64,000 nucleotides of DNA from an uncultured Acetobacteraceae bacterium (GTDB taxonomy: Bacteria > Pseudomonadota > Alphaproteobacteria > Acetobacterales > Acetobacteraceae), in contig CALMVI010000105.1 of assembly GCA_937873095.1 (NCBI GenBank), positions 14,432-78,431 of the forward strand, written 5' to 3'. The position numbers were made by a program, and so were the translations under genes. Under the pieces are notes generated by a model. The model had not been told where the DNA came from. It did not search any database and was given only the letters and a program-made list of their open reading frames with translations. This document shows positions 8,617-18,117 of this stretch, piece after piece. Positions within the stretch are counted from its first letter, which is position 1. Every line of letters starts with the position of its first letter.

Positions 8617-9547
8617 CCTGCGGGCCTCTGGTCGAGTTGCGCGAGTAGATCGGGAGCTGAAGCTTCGCCTTCAGCGACATGCCGAGGCTGGGAATGTCGT
8701 ATTCGAGAACAGGTCCCAGCTTGAAAACGTCGAAATACTTGCCGCTGATCGGAACGGTAGTTCCGTTCCTGGTATCACGCCCTATCTGAACGGCGCCGAA
8801 GCCGGCAATGCCGTATTGAAAGCGGCCGTCGCGTCCCGATACCGCGAAGTCGAGATCGATGACGTCACCACTCTTGTAATCCGTGAGCGGGTTTGACAAG
8901 GCGTGGTCGTAAAACAGGTGGCCGCTGAACTCGACACCGTCGCCGAGGAAGTTGGGCTGAGTAAGATAGCTTGCGGCAAGATTCGGGATGATGAAATAGT
9001 CGTTGTGCCCAGCCGTGGTGAACTGGTGCGTGTTGTAAGTGCCGATAGGAAAGATCATCGAGTAAGCGGGCTGGATCGTGAGTCCGTAAGGCAACGGACG
9101 ACTGCCGGACGGAGGCACCTGCGGCGTCCCGAAGTAGTAGGACCACTTCGCAATGTCGGCGTACATGTCTCCCCAGCCGGAAATACGTTGGGTCATGTTA
9201 TTGACCGAGAACCTGACGTAAGGATCATAAGACAGCTGCACGTCGCTGGCCAGAGTGCCGCCGAGAAACTTGAACGGATAGACGTACAACAGGGATGCCG
9301 CGGTGATGTCGTAGGTAAGGTTTAGCCGCGTTATGACCTTGCTCGGCGTTCCCGCATTCCCGGTGTAGTAGGTGGAAACGCCCGGCACGTCGGCGACCGC
9401 GGCATAGAAACCGGAAGCGGCTGGAAGGTAGGCGTTCCGAATATCGGTGCCCCCGGTAGGGCCTCCGTAAACGTCGCCCTCGGTTGCGTTTGCCACGGAG
9501 CACAAACCTAAAGCCATGCACGCGGCTAGGAAGCGGATATTCGTCAT
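8588..9547 (-). CDS. Outer-membrane beta-barrel protein, 'MetA-pathway of phenol degradation'/transporter-like family
   Basis: ATG 9547 is preceded by AGGAGGG. There is a signal peptide (MTNIRFLAACMALGLCSVANA). The protein is 320 aa, rich in beta-strands, and ends ..VAAFKF with a terminal Phe. Confidence 0.7.
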   Translation of the reverse strand: MTNIRFLAACMALGLCSVANATEGDVYGGPTGGTDIRNAYLPAASGFYAAVADVPGVSTYYTGNAGTPSKVITRLNLTYDITAASLLYVYPFKFLGGTLASDVQLSYDPYVRFSVNNMTQRISGWGDMYADIAKWSYYFGTPQVPPSGSRPLPYGLTIQPAYSMIFPIGTYNTHQFTTAGHNDYFIIPNLAASYLTQPNFLGDGVEFSGHLFYDHALSNPLTDYKSGDVIDLDFAVSGRDGRFQYGIAGFGAVQIGRDTRNGTTVPISGKYFDVFKLGPVLEYDIPSLGMSLKAKLQLPIYSRNSTRGPQGVLVAAFKF

Positions 9548-9601
9548 TGTGACTTTCCCTCCTGTTTTGCCGGATGCTAAGCAGAAGTGTCTCGCCTTGA
9601 T

Positions 9602-9617
9602 TGTCGGCCGCCCGACA
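9602..9617. promoter_or_regulatory. Palindrome TGTCGG-CCGC-CCGACA upstream of the OMP gene
   Basis: Perfect 6-bp arms, 55 nt upstream of ATG 9547. The left arm context, GATTGTCGGCC, resembles the ATTGTCGGACC of the hyuA box. Confidence 0.25.
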
Positions 9618-9838
9618 TTTTGTGGCAGAACGTGTAGGCGGCCCTGCCCAGACGGGCGCCAAGGTGGATTCTCATGGGGGATCCTTGCGCCTCCCATGCC
9701 GTGGCTAGGCCGTTTTGGCCGGTTCAACCAAGATGAGCGTGCAGGCGAATGCTGCGACGGCTTGCTCACGTGTTGCGATTGTCCGCATCGTACACCTTTG
9801 TCCGTCAGGGCGGCGCGCGGCGTGATGCGGCGCCGATG

Positions 9839-9922
9839 TCAGGCGAAATTTTCGAGCTGCGTACAGCCGCTGACCTCGCCGCCGGTCAGATGGAAGCCGA
9901 TCGGCCGGCCGTTGGGTCGGTC
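9839..9922 (-). mobile_element. Short IS5-family (IS427-like) transposase fragment
   Basis: The minus-strand translation DRPNGRPIGFHLTGGEVSGCTQLENFA* is bounded by stops. It resembles the ..G.P....LTGG...D.TQ.. segment of IS5-family transposases. Only 27 codons remain. Confidence 0.35.
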
Positions 9923-10034
9923 TCATAACCACCTGCCTGGCGGAAACTGTCGAATGCGCGACACATCCGCCTGGGCTGTCGCGAGTGTCGGCCAGGCGAC
10001 AATCCGGACGAGCCGTGCGGGCTACACTGGCCCG

Positions 10035-13000
10035 ATGTTACAGGACCTTCGCTCGCCGCGCACCAAAACCAGCCTTGCCCCGGGGGGGAGGCAAGTCTCG
10101 CTGGACGACAAGTGGCAACTCGAAACCGGCGCGGTGGTGATGACTGGGGTGCAGGCGATCGCGCGGGCGTTGCTGTCGCAATCCGCCATCGACCGCTCGG
10201 CGGGCCGCAACACTGCGGGCTTTGTGTCGGGATATCGCGGTTCCCCGCTAGGAGGCGTCGATACGGCGCTTTGGTCTGTCCGCGACCGGCTCCGCGCCGC
10301 GGCCATACGGTTTCAACCCGGTGTGAACGAGGAACTCGCCGCGACGGCCGTGCACGGCTCGCAACAGGTGGGCCTGTTGCCCAACCCGTCCGTCGACGGG
10401 GTTTTCGCAGCCTGGTACGGCAAGGGGCCGGGCGTCGACCGAGCGCTCGACGCGCTGAAACACGGCAACATAGCAGGCGCCAGCGCGAAAGGCGGCGTGG
10501 TTTGCTTTTACGGGGACGACCACGCCGGTAAATCGTCGACCGTTTCGCATCAGAGCGAGCAGGCCATGGCGTCCTGCCTCATTCCCTCGCTCTATCCAGC
10601 GCACGCTGGCGAGGTGCTGCTGTATGGACTGCTCGGCTTTTCGCTCTCGCGTTACAGCGGCGCCTGGATCGGCGTGAAGTGCGTCAACGAAACGGCTGAG
10701 CAGACAATGACCGTCGACCTTGACCTCCGTGAATTCGCTTCGGTCGAGCCTGAGTCCGAGATCATGTTCCCCGAGGGCCTGCATGCCCGGTTCGGCGCAT
10801 ATAATCCGCTCCGGGACGAGCAGATCGCGCTCGAGGCGCGGCTGCCGCGGGTCCACGCCTTCGTTCGCGCGAACCGCATTGATCGTGTTGTTTTCCGCGC
10901 GCCGCGGCCTGCGCTGGCCATCGTCGCCGCCGGGAAGAGTTTCGGCGACGTGCAGCAGGCCTTGGCGCTGCTCGGCCTAGACCCGGACAGCGCTGCGGCG
11001 ATCGGTATCTCGCTTTACAAGGTCGGGTGCATCTGGCCCCTGGAACCGGCTGGTCTCCGGGATTTCGCCTGCGATCACGCGTCCATGCTCGTCGTCGAGG
11101 ACAAGAAAAGCTTCATCGAGCAGCAGATCGCAGCGATCATGATAAATGATCGAAGTCGGCCAGCGATCTTGGGCAAGTCGGATGAAGATGGCCGACCGCT
11201 TCTTTCCTCGGTAAAGCCGCTTGAGCCCGCCGAGATCGCCGAGGCCATTGCTGGACGCCTGCGCCAGCTCGGCGCCGCGATCCCGCAGGGGGCCGCCATC
11301 GCTGCGACAGCAAGCGCCGACATGGTTCGGCCCGCCGCAGTCAGACGAACGCCGTATTTCTGTTCCGGCTGCCCGCATAACCGGTCGACGCGGCTGCCGG
11401 ACGGCAGCCTCAGCATGACCGGCATCGGCTGCCACGCGATGGTCAACATGACCCGACCCGCCGAGGCGTTCCCGGCCGTGCAGATGGGCGGAGAGGGGGC
11501 GAACTGGATCGGCATCGCCCCATTCAGCGGCACGGCGCACATCTTCCAGAACATCGGCGACGGCACGTATTACCATTCCGGTCTGCTCGCAATCCGCGCG
11601 GCCGTCGCGGCAGGCGTGAACATCACCTACAAGATACTCTTCAACGACGCTGTCGCCATGACTGGCGGCCAGCCGGTGGACGGGCCGCTCTCGGTGAGTG
11701 GCGTGGCGCAGCAGCTGCGCGGGGAAGGCGTGCCAACGATTGTCATCGTCTCGGACGAACCGAGCCGCCACTCAAACCGGTCCGGACTGCCAACCGGTGT
11801 CGAAGTGCATCACCGCGACAAGCTCGATGAGCTTCAACGCCGCCTTCGGAACGTGCCGGGCGTCAGCGTGATGATTTACGAGCAGACCTGCGCCGCGGAG
11901 AAGCGGCGGCGCCGGAAGCGCGGAACTTATCCCGATCCCGCCAAGCGGCTGTTCATTGCCAAATCCGTGTGCGAAGGCTGCGGCGACTGCTCGGTGCAAT
12001 CCACATGCGTCAGCATCCAGCCCGTCGCCACCGCTTTCGGCACGAAGCGTCGCATCGATCAGGCCAGTTGCAACAAGGACTACAGCTGCGTCGACGGGTT
12101 CTGCCCGTCGTTCCTGACGGTCAGGGATGCGGAGCCGAGGCGGGCGACGCCGACCGAGGTGGCGGAAGACATGTTCCGTGATTTGCCCGAGCCAAAACTG
12201 CTCCCGGCCGAAACGCAGGGTGTCAACCTCATGATCGCAGGTATCGGCGGTACTGGAGTCGTCACCGCGGCAGCCCTGATCGTCATGGCGGCACATCTCG
12301 ACGGCAAGCGTGCCTCGGCCTTCGACATGACCGGCCTCGCCCAGAAGAACGGCGCCGTCTACAGCCACGTGCGGATCGCTGAAACACAAGCTGCGATAAC
12401 GTCCCAGCGCATCGGACGATCGCAGGCGGACGTCCTGCTTGCCTTTGATGCGGTGGCGGCGACCGGCCTGGAATCCGCCGTCACGCTCTCCGAGAGCCGC
12501 ACGAGGGCAGTCGTCAACACCAGCGTGACTGCGACCGCAGCGTTCCAATTCCAACGTGATCTCTCGATCGACGATACAGCGTTGCTCGAGCAACTGGAGG
12601 CCAGCACCAGCGCGCCTCTCGTTCGCGCCGATGCAGTCGCGCTCGCAGCCGAATTCGCCGGCGATCCGACGATGGCGACCTCGCTGCTTCTGGGTATCGC
12701 GTCCCAGCACGGGCTTCTGCCGGTGCGGCCCTCCTCCCTCGAAGCGGCCATCCAGATGAACGGCGCTGCGGTTTCATCGAATCTAAAGGCATTCCGCCTT
12801 GGCCGGTTGTACGCTCACGCGCCAGAACGCCTGGCCATCAGGCGCCCTGGAACCGGCGCCGAAGTCGTCCCGGAAACCCTCGATGGCATCGTCGAACATA
12901 GGAGCGCCCACCTTCTCCGCTACCAGGATGCCACGCTGGTCAAGCGCTACGCAGGCCTCGTGCAGCGCGTCGCCGATGCCGAGCAGCGGGTGGCGCCGGG

Positions 13001-13577
13001 ATCTGACAAGCTCGCGCGCATCGTCGCCGTGCAATACGCCAAGCTCCTCGCCTACAAGGATGAATACGAAGTCGCGCGCCTGCTGATCGATCCTTCGTTG
13101 TACTCAGAGATATCGAACATCTTCGGTCCAGGTGCAAAACTTTCATTGAATCTTGCGCCTCCTGTGCTGAGCCGAGGTTCCGGCGAGCGCAGGCCGCGGA
13201 AGCGGGAGTTCACGATCCGCGTGCTTCCGCTCCTGCGCCTGCTGTCACGCGGCAAGGCGTTGCGGGGAACCTGGGCTGATCCGTTCGGACGCACCGAGGA
13301 GCGTCGTGCGGAGCGTGCGCTCATCACGGAGTACGAGTCGCTCGCCGAGTCCATCATTCACCACCTCGCGCCCCACAACCACGCAGAAGCGGTCGCACTG
13401 CTAGACTTGGCCTCTGAGGTCCGCGGCTTCGGCCCAGTGAAGCGGGCTTCGATCGTGGCTTACCGCAGCAAGCTTCCGCATCTCGAAGCGGCGTTCCAGC
13501 TCCGGCGACCGTCAAACCTGCTCCAGTCACCACCGATGGCGCAGGTCCCGCGACCAAACGCTGCCGTGCCATCCTGA
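10035..13577 (+). CDS. Indolepyruvate/2-oxoacid:ferredoxin oxidoreductase family protein (fused IorA-IorB type)
   Basis: 1180 aa from ATG 10035. Homology begins at ..LDDKWQLETGAVVMTGVQAIARALL..GFVSGYRGSPLGG... An Fe-S motif, CEGCGDCSVQSTC, is present. Size and domain order are typical of the family. Confidence 0.9.
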   Translation: MLQDLRSPRTKTSLAPGGRQVSLDDKWQLETGAVVMTGVQAIARALLSQSAIDRSAGRNTAGFVSGYRGSPLGGVDTALWSVRDRLRAAAIRFQPGVNEELAATAVHGSQQVGLLPNPSVDGVFAAWYGKGPGVDRALDALKHGNIAGASAKGGVVCFYGDDHAGKSSTVSHQSEQAMASCLIPSLYPAHAGEVLLYGLLGFSLSRYSGAWIGVKCVNETAEQTMTVDLDLREFASVEPESEIMFPEGLHARFGAYNPLRDEQIALEARLPRVHAFVRANRIDRVVFRAPRPALAIVAAGKSFGDVQQALALLGLDPDSAAAIGISLYKVGCIWPLEPAGLRDFACDHASMLVVEDKKSFIEQQIAAIMINDRSRPAILGKSDEDGRPLLSSVKPLEPAEIAEAIAGRLRQLGAAIPQGAAIAATASADMVRPAAVRRTPYFCSGCPHNRSTRLPDGSLSMTGIGCHAMVNMTRPAEAFPAVQMGGEGANWIGIAPFSGTAHIFQNIGDGTYYHSGLLAIRAAVAAGVNITYKILFNDAVAMTGGQPVDGPLSVSGVAQQLRGEGVPTIVIVSDEPSRHSNRSGLPTGVEVHHRDKLDELQRRLRNVPGVSVMIYEQTCAAEKRRRRKRGTYPDPAKRLFIAKSVCEGCGDCSVQSTCVSIQPVATAFGTKRRIDQASCNKDYSCVDGFCPSFLTVRDAEPRRATPTEVAEDMFRDLPEPKLLPAETQGVNLMIAGIGGTGVVTAAALIVMAAHLDGKRASAFDMTGLAQKNGAVYSHVRIAETQAAITSQRIGRSQADVLLAFDAVAATGLESAVTLSESRTRAVVNTSVTATAAFQFQRDLSIDDTALLEQLEASTSAPLVRADAVALAAEFAGDPTMATSLLLGIASQHGLLPVRPSSLEAAIQMNGAAVSSNLKAFRLGRLYAHAPERLAIRRPGTGAEVVPETLDGIVEHRSAHLLRYQDATLVKRYAGLVQRVADAEQRVAPGSDKLARIVAVQYAKLLAYKDEYEVARLLIDPSLYSEISNIFGPGAKLSLNLAPPVLSRGSGERRPRKREFTIRVLPLLRLLSRGKALRGTWADPFGRTEERRAERALITEYESLAESIIHHLAPHNHAEAVALLDLASEVRGFGPVKRASIVAYRSKLPHLEAAFQLRRPSNLLQSPPMAQVPRPNAAVPS

Positions 13578-13598
13578 GACCTTGATAGGAGCGTTGCT

Positions 13599-14144
13599 TT
13601 GACGCAAGAAAAGCGCCTGACAGTCCTGCTCGACAAGCAGGACATCTACGAACTGATGTGCCGCTATTGCCGCGGCGTTGATCGGATGGACAAGGAACTG
13701 ACCCTGTCGTGCTTCTGGCCGGGCGCAATTGACGTCCATGTCGGAAAGAACGGCGTCTATCACGGCACCGTCGAGGAGTTCCTGGACGCGGAGTGGGAGT
13801 CCTGGAAGGTTTTCACTGGCTCCCAGCATCATCTCTGCAACCACCTCTGCGAAGTGGACGGCGACCAAGCCATGGCCGAGACCTACCAGTTCTCGCTCTA
13901 TTGGGCTGCGCCTGGCGACGATCCGAGCCTCAACGTGCTCAACTCGAACCGCTACCTCGATCGCTTCGAAAGGCGCCGCGGGGAATGGCGCATCCTCCGT
14001 CGCGAGCTTTTTCGAAACTTCTCGTTCTCGATCCGGCCGGTGGCGCTCCCGACCACGGAGAATGGCTGGCCGATGCAGTCACGCGACCGGAACGACCCCG
14101 CTTATCGCAGATTACGGCCCACTCGCTTGCCGCTGCAAGACTGA
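13599..14144 (+). CDS. SnoaL-like/NTF2-fold protein
   Basis: TTG start with AGGAG 7 nt upstream, 21 nt after the ior stop. ..LLDKQDIYELMCRYCRGVDRMD.. and ..YLDRFERRRGEWRILRRE.. are typical of SnoaL_4 proteins. Confidence 0.7.
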   Translation: MTQEKRLTVLLDKQDIYELMCRYCRGVDRMDKELTLSCFWPGAIDVHVGKNGVYHGTVEEFLDAEWESWKVFTGSQHHLCNHLCEVDGDQAMAETYQFSLYWAAPGDDPSLNVLNSNRYLDRFERRRGEWRILRRELFRNFSFSIRPVALPTTENGWPMQSRDRNDPAYRRLRPTRLPLQD

Positions 14145-14275
14145 GGTGTGAAGCCCCCTCGGCCGAACTGTAAGCCGTTTGACAGAGTTGCTCGAGATAT
14201 CCGGCTAATTCTACCGCCAGCGCCGGGCATACGCTGAACAACGACAGGCCGACAAGGCCCGCGACCGGGACACTG

Positions 14276-15694
14276 ATGCGGGAGGAAACATTGAGCAAGC
14301 GGATACATCTCAACGCCTTCAAGATCGCTGGGGTAGGTCACACCGCCATCGGCCTGTGGCGACATCCCGACAGCCAGGCACATCGCTACAAGGACCTGTC
14401 TTATTGGCTCGAGACGGCGAGGACGCTCGAAAAGGGGTGCTTCGACAGCCTTTTCATCGCGGACTTTCCCGGCCTTCACGACGTCTACAATCAGAGTTCC
14501 GACGCCGCCTTCCGGGACGCTATCGCGGTGCCGCTGAACGACCCCTTGATGGCCGTGTCCGCCATGGCCGCCGTCACCGAGCATCTCGGATTCGGCGTCA
14601 CGGTCTCGACGACCTACGAGCAGCCATACAGCTTCGCGCGCAAGATGACGACGCTCGATCACCTGACCAACGGGCGGGTAGGCTGGAACATCGTCACGTC
14701 CGTCACGGGTAGTGCCGCGCGCAACCTTGGACTCGACAGGCAAGTCCCGCACGACGAGCGCTACGCGATCGCCGACGAGTTCATGGACGCGGTCTACAAG
14801 CTTTGGGAGGGCAGCTGGGAAGACGACGCCGTCGTCAACGACCCGGCACGCAACATGTTCGTCGATCCCGCCAAGGTCCACGCCGCGAACCACCACGGAA
14901 AGTATTTCCGAGTGCCGGACGCGTTTTTGTGCGAACCTTCGGTCCAGCGCACGCCGGTCCTATTCCAGGCTGGCGCTTCCTCGGTCGGGAAGGCCTTCGC
15001 GGCCAAGCACGCCGAGGCCGTCTTCCTCGTGGACCCCACCGTCCAGGGCATGGCCAAGCTGGTGTCCGAAATCCGCGCGCTGGCAGGCGGCCTGGGGCGT
15101 GATCCAAGCAGCATCAAGTTCATGGCCGGTGTGTCGGTCGTGACCGCACCCAGCGACGAAGAGGCACGCCGAAAATTCGACGAGCTTATCCGCTACGTCA
15201 GCGTCGAGGGCACGCTTGCCCGTCAGTCCTCCCTCATGCAGCTTGATTTCGGCAGCATAGACATCGATAGGCCGCTCGAGTTCGTCGAGACCGACGGCAT
15301 CCGGTCCTTCCTGGAACGCTTCACCAAAGGTGATCCGGACCGCGTCTGGACGCCTCGTCAGGTGGCAGAGAAAATGGCCCAGTCGCTCGGCGCCATCACC
15401 GTCGTGGGATCGCCGGCGACGGTCGCCGACCGCCTCGAGGCCATGATGGAGGAAGCCGATCTGGATGGCTTCAATCTCTACGACCACATGCCACTGCACG
15501 CGATGCCGGATTTCGTCGAACACGTAGTGCCAGAACTCCAGCGCCGTGGCCGAGTCTGGACGGCCTATGAGGGCAGGACGTTGCGCGAAAACATTGCGGG
15601 CACCGGCAGTCCTCGCCTGCCCGCCGACCATGCGGGTGCAGGTTTCCGCCCGCGTTCATCAATCAAGCGCCTTCATGACGCCGTTGCCGTTTGA
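14276..15694 (+). CDS. FMN-dependent luciferase-like monooxygenase, NtaA/SnaA/DszA/SoxA group
   Basis: 472 aa with ..HLNAF..GHTAIGLWRHPD.. and ..GRVGWNIVTS... The alternative TTG start at 14291 has a better-spaced GGAGG. Confidence 0.9.
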   Translation: MREETLSKRIHLNAFKIAGVGHTAIGLWRHPDSQAHRYKDLSYWLETARTLEKGCFDSLFIADFPGLHDVYNQSSDAAFRDAIAVPLNDPLMAVSAMAAVTEHLGFGVTVSTTYEQPYSFARKMTTLDHLTNGRVGWNIVTSVTGSAARNLGLDRQVPHDERYAIADEFMDAVYKLWEGSWEDDAVVNDPARNMFVDPAKVHAANHHGKYFRVPDAFLCEPSVQRTPVLFQAGASSVGKAFAAKHAEAVFLVDPTVQGMAKLVSEIRALAGGLGRDPSSIKFMAGVSVVTAPSDEEARRKFDELIRYVSVEGTLARQSSLMQLDFGSIDIDRPLEFVETDGIRSFLERFTKGDPDRVWTPRQVAEKMAQSLGAITVVGSPATVADRLEAMMEEADLDGFNLYDHMPLHAMPDFVEHVVPELQRRGRVWTAYEGRTLRENIAGTGSPRLPADHAGAGFRPRSSIKRLHDAVAV

Positions 15695-15737
15695 GTCCGT
15701 GGACGGTGGCGATCAACCGAGGCGAGGCGGAATCGCC

Positions 15738-17066
15738 ATGAGCAACCGTCCCGAACGAGGCGGCCTGGCCACCATTCACTGGAAGAATGCCAGACGCATC
15801 CTGCCGCTCCTGGTTGCGGGCTATGTGCTCAACACTCTGGACAAGACGAACATCGGCTTTGCTGCGCTGGAGATGAACAAGGATCTCGGCTTCACGCCGC
15901 AGGTCTTCGGTCTGGGCGCCGGGCTGTTTTTCCTGACCTACACGATATTTGAGATACCCTCGAACCTTCTCATCCGCCGCGTCGGCGCACGGCGCTGGCT
16001 TTCGCGCATCCTCGTGACATGGGGTCTGGCCTCGATGGCCATGGCGCTCACGTCGGGAACGGTAAGCTTTTACGCCCTTCGGCTTCTGCTCGGCATTGCG
16101 GAGGCCGGATGGTACCCCGGCGTCATCTTCTTTCTATCCCTGTGGTTTCCACGTGAGTTCAGGGCGCGGGCGATCATGCTCGTCTTCATGGGCGTGCCTA
16201 TCTCGGCCGTCCTCGGCAACCCGCTCTCGGGCGCCTTGCTCAGCCTGCATCCCTTGCTCGGCTTGAGGAATTGGCAATGGCTTTTCATCGTCGAGGGCCT
16301 GCCAACCGTTCTTCTCGGCGTTGCCGCATTGTTTGTGTTGCGCGACCTGCCGGCGCAAGCCGAGTGGCTGACACCATCCGAAAAACAGACACTCTCGTCG
16401 GCGTCCGCGTCCGATGGCCTGCCGGTCGCGGGGGGTCGTCTCGCAGACGCGCACTCGACGAGCAAGGCCTTCCGGACGATCGCTTTCTGCGCCGTCAACT
16501 TCATGAGCGCCATCGGGCTCTACAGCACGTTCATGTGGCTGCCGCGGCTCATCAAAGACCTGAACGGGCTGAACAATCTGCAGACCGGCTTCGTGGCCGC
16601 CATCCCGTTCTTGTTCAGTGCGGGATCGCTCGCCGCACTCGCTTATAGCAGCGACCGCCACGGCGAACGGAAATGGCATACTGCGTTGCCGCTTTTCGTC
16701 GCGTCCTGCGCCATGGCGGGCATGGCCGCTTCACGCTCACCGGTGATGGCCATTTTCTGCCTTACGATCGCCATGACGGCGGGGATCGGCGTTCAGGGAA
16801 ACATGTTCGCCATGTTTTCCGAGGGGTTAGGCGGCAAGGGCGGCACCGTCGGGTTCGCCGCCGGTCTCGCCACGGTTACCACGCTCGGCAATCTCGGTGG
16901 CTTCCTTGGCCCGTATGCCGTGGGTCTCATGCTTGCCAAATACGGTGATTTCCACGTCGCCCTGCTTGCGATCGCTGCGGCGTTCGGCGCTGGCGGCTGC
17001 CTTGTCGCGACACTCAGCTGCGTCGCGCCGGCGCGCCCGCTCCGGGCTGCCGCGGTGCCCCGCTAG
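15738..17066 (+). CDS. MFS transporter (anion:cation symporter-like)
   Basis: 442 aa from ATG 15738 with about 12 hydrophobic segments. Motifs: ..LDKTNIGFAALEMNKDLGF.. and ..RRVGARRWLSRILVTWG.. Confidence 0.85.
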   Translation: MSNRPERGGLATIHWKNARRILPLLVAGYVLNTLDKTNIGFAALEMNKDLGFTPQVFGLGAGLFFLTYTIFEIPSNLLIRRVGARRWLSRILVTWGLASMAMALTSGTVSFYALRLLLGIAEAGWYPGVIFFLSLWFPREFRARAIMLVFMGVPISAVLGNPLSGALLSLHPLLGLRNWQWLFIVEGLPTVLLGVAALFVLRDLPAQAEWLTPSEKQTLSSASASDGLPVAGGRLADAHSTSKAFRTIAFCAVNFMSAIGLYSTFMWLPRLIKDLNGLNNLQTGFVAAIPFLFSAGSLAALAYSSDRHGERKWHTALPLFVASCAMAGMAASRSPVMAIFCLTIAMTAGIGVQGNMFAMFSEGLGGKGGTVGFAAGLATVTTLGNLGGFLGPYAVGLMLAKYGDFHVALLAIAAAFGAGGCLVATLSCVAPARPLRAAAVPR

Positions 17067-17096
17067 GCGCGTGGCCATTGTCGACAGGATACTGAA

Positions 17097-18116
17097 ATGC
17101 GTTGCTATCGTTTCGACGCGCTGAATAGCTTGGACGACCTGTCCGTGCATGCCGATGCGATACCCGCTCCGCAACGAGGCGAGGTACTGGTCAAGATCCA
17201 CGCCGTCTCGTTGAATCATCGCGACCTATCCGTCGTGCTCGGAAATTACGTGCACGCCGCCCGGCCTGGCCTCGTGCCCTGCTCCGACGCTGCTGGCGAA
17301 ATCGCAAGCGTCGGCGACGGGGTGACAGTGTTCCAGCGCGGCGACCGCGTCGTCAGCGTGTTCCACCCGCGGTGGTTCGGTGGAAAACCCCATCGCACGC
17401 TCGGCCAGGAAACCTACGGCAACGCCGCCGACGGCTGGCTCGCCGAATACAAGGTGGTGCCGCAAGAAGCGGTGATACCTTTGCCCGACACGCTGTCCTA
17501 CGAGGAAGGATCGACGCTTCCCTGCGCGGCGACCACGGCCTGGAGCGCGTTGTCCGGCGGGACTCCCGTCCGTGCCGGGATGACCGTGCTGACCATGGGG
17601 ACCGGTGGCGTCTCGATTTTCGCGGTCCAGCTCGCGAAGGCACTCGGTGCCAAAATCATTGGCACCACCTCCAGCGCGAGGAAGGCCGAACGCCTGCGCG
17701 CCATGGGCGCCGACACTGTCGTCAACTACGCGGAGATCGCGCACTGGGGCCAGCACGCGAAGACTGTCCTGACCGGCGGCCTCGGCGTCGACTGCGTGGT
17801 GGAGGTCGGGGGTCCGGCCACGGTGAACGAGGCCCTGCACGCAGTGCGCTGGGGGGGCGAGGTGGTGCTGATCGGCTTTCTCACCGAAGACAATCCCGGA
17901 ATCGACTACTTCCACCTCAAGGGCAGCGGCGCCACGGTGCGCTCCATCGGCGTCGGTGACCGCGCGGCCTTGCAGGAAACAATCGGCGCCGTGGGCGGTG
18001 CTGGCATCAGGCCCGTGATCGACCGCGTCTTCCCGTTCCAGGACGCGCACGCCGCCTTCAACCATCTCAAGAGCGGCAGCCATGTCGGCAAGATCGTCAT
18101 CAAGGTGAGCGGCTGA
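17097..18116 (+). CDS. Medium-chain dehydrogenase/reductase, NADPH:quinone oxidoreductase-like
   Basis: 339 aa with a GroES-like N-domain and a Rossmann ..GTGGVS... There is no catalytic-zinc Cys pattern. Confidence 0.85.
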   Translation: MRCYRFDALNSLDDLSVHADAIPAPQRGEVLVKIHAVSLNHRDLSVVLGNYVHAARPGLVPCSDAAGEIASVGDGVTVFQRGDRVVSVFHPRWFGGKPHRTLGQETYGNAADGWLAEYKVVPQEAVIPLPDTLSYEEGSTLPCAATTAWSALSGGTPVRAGMTVLTMGTGGVSIFAVQLAKALGAKIIGTTSSARKAERLRAMGADTVVNYAEIAHWGQHAKTVLTGGLGVDCVVEVGGPATVNEALHAVRWGGEVVLIGFLTEDNPGIDYFHLKGSGATVRSIGVGDRAALQETIGAVGGAGIRPVIDRVFPFQDAHAAFNHLKSGSHVGKIVIKVSG

Positions 18117-18117
18117 G

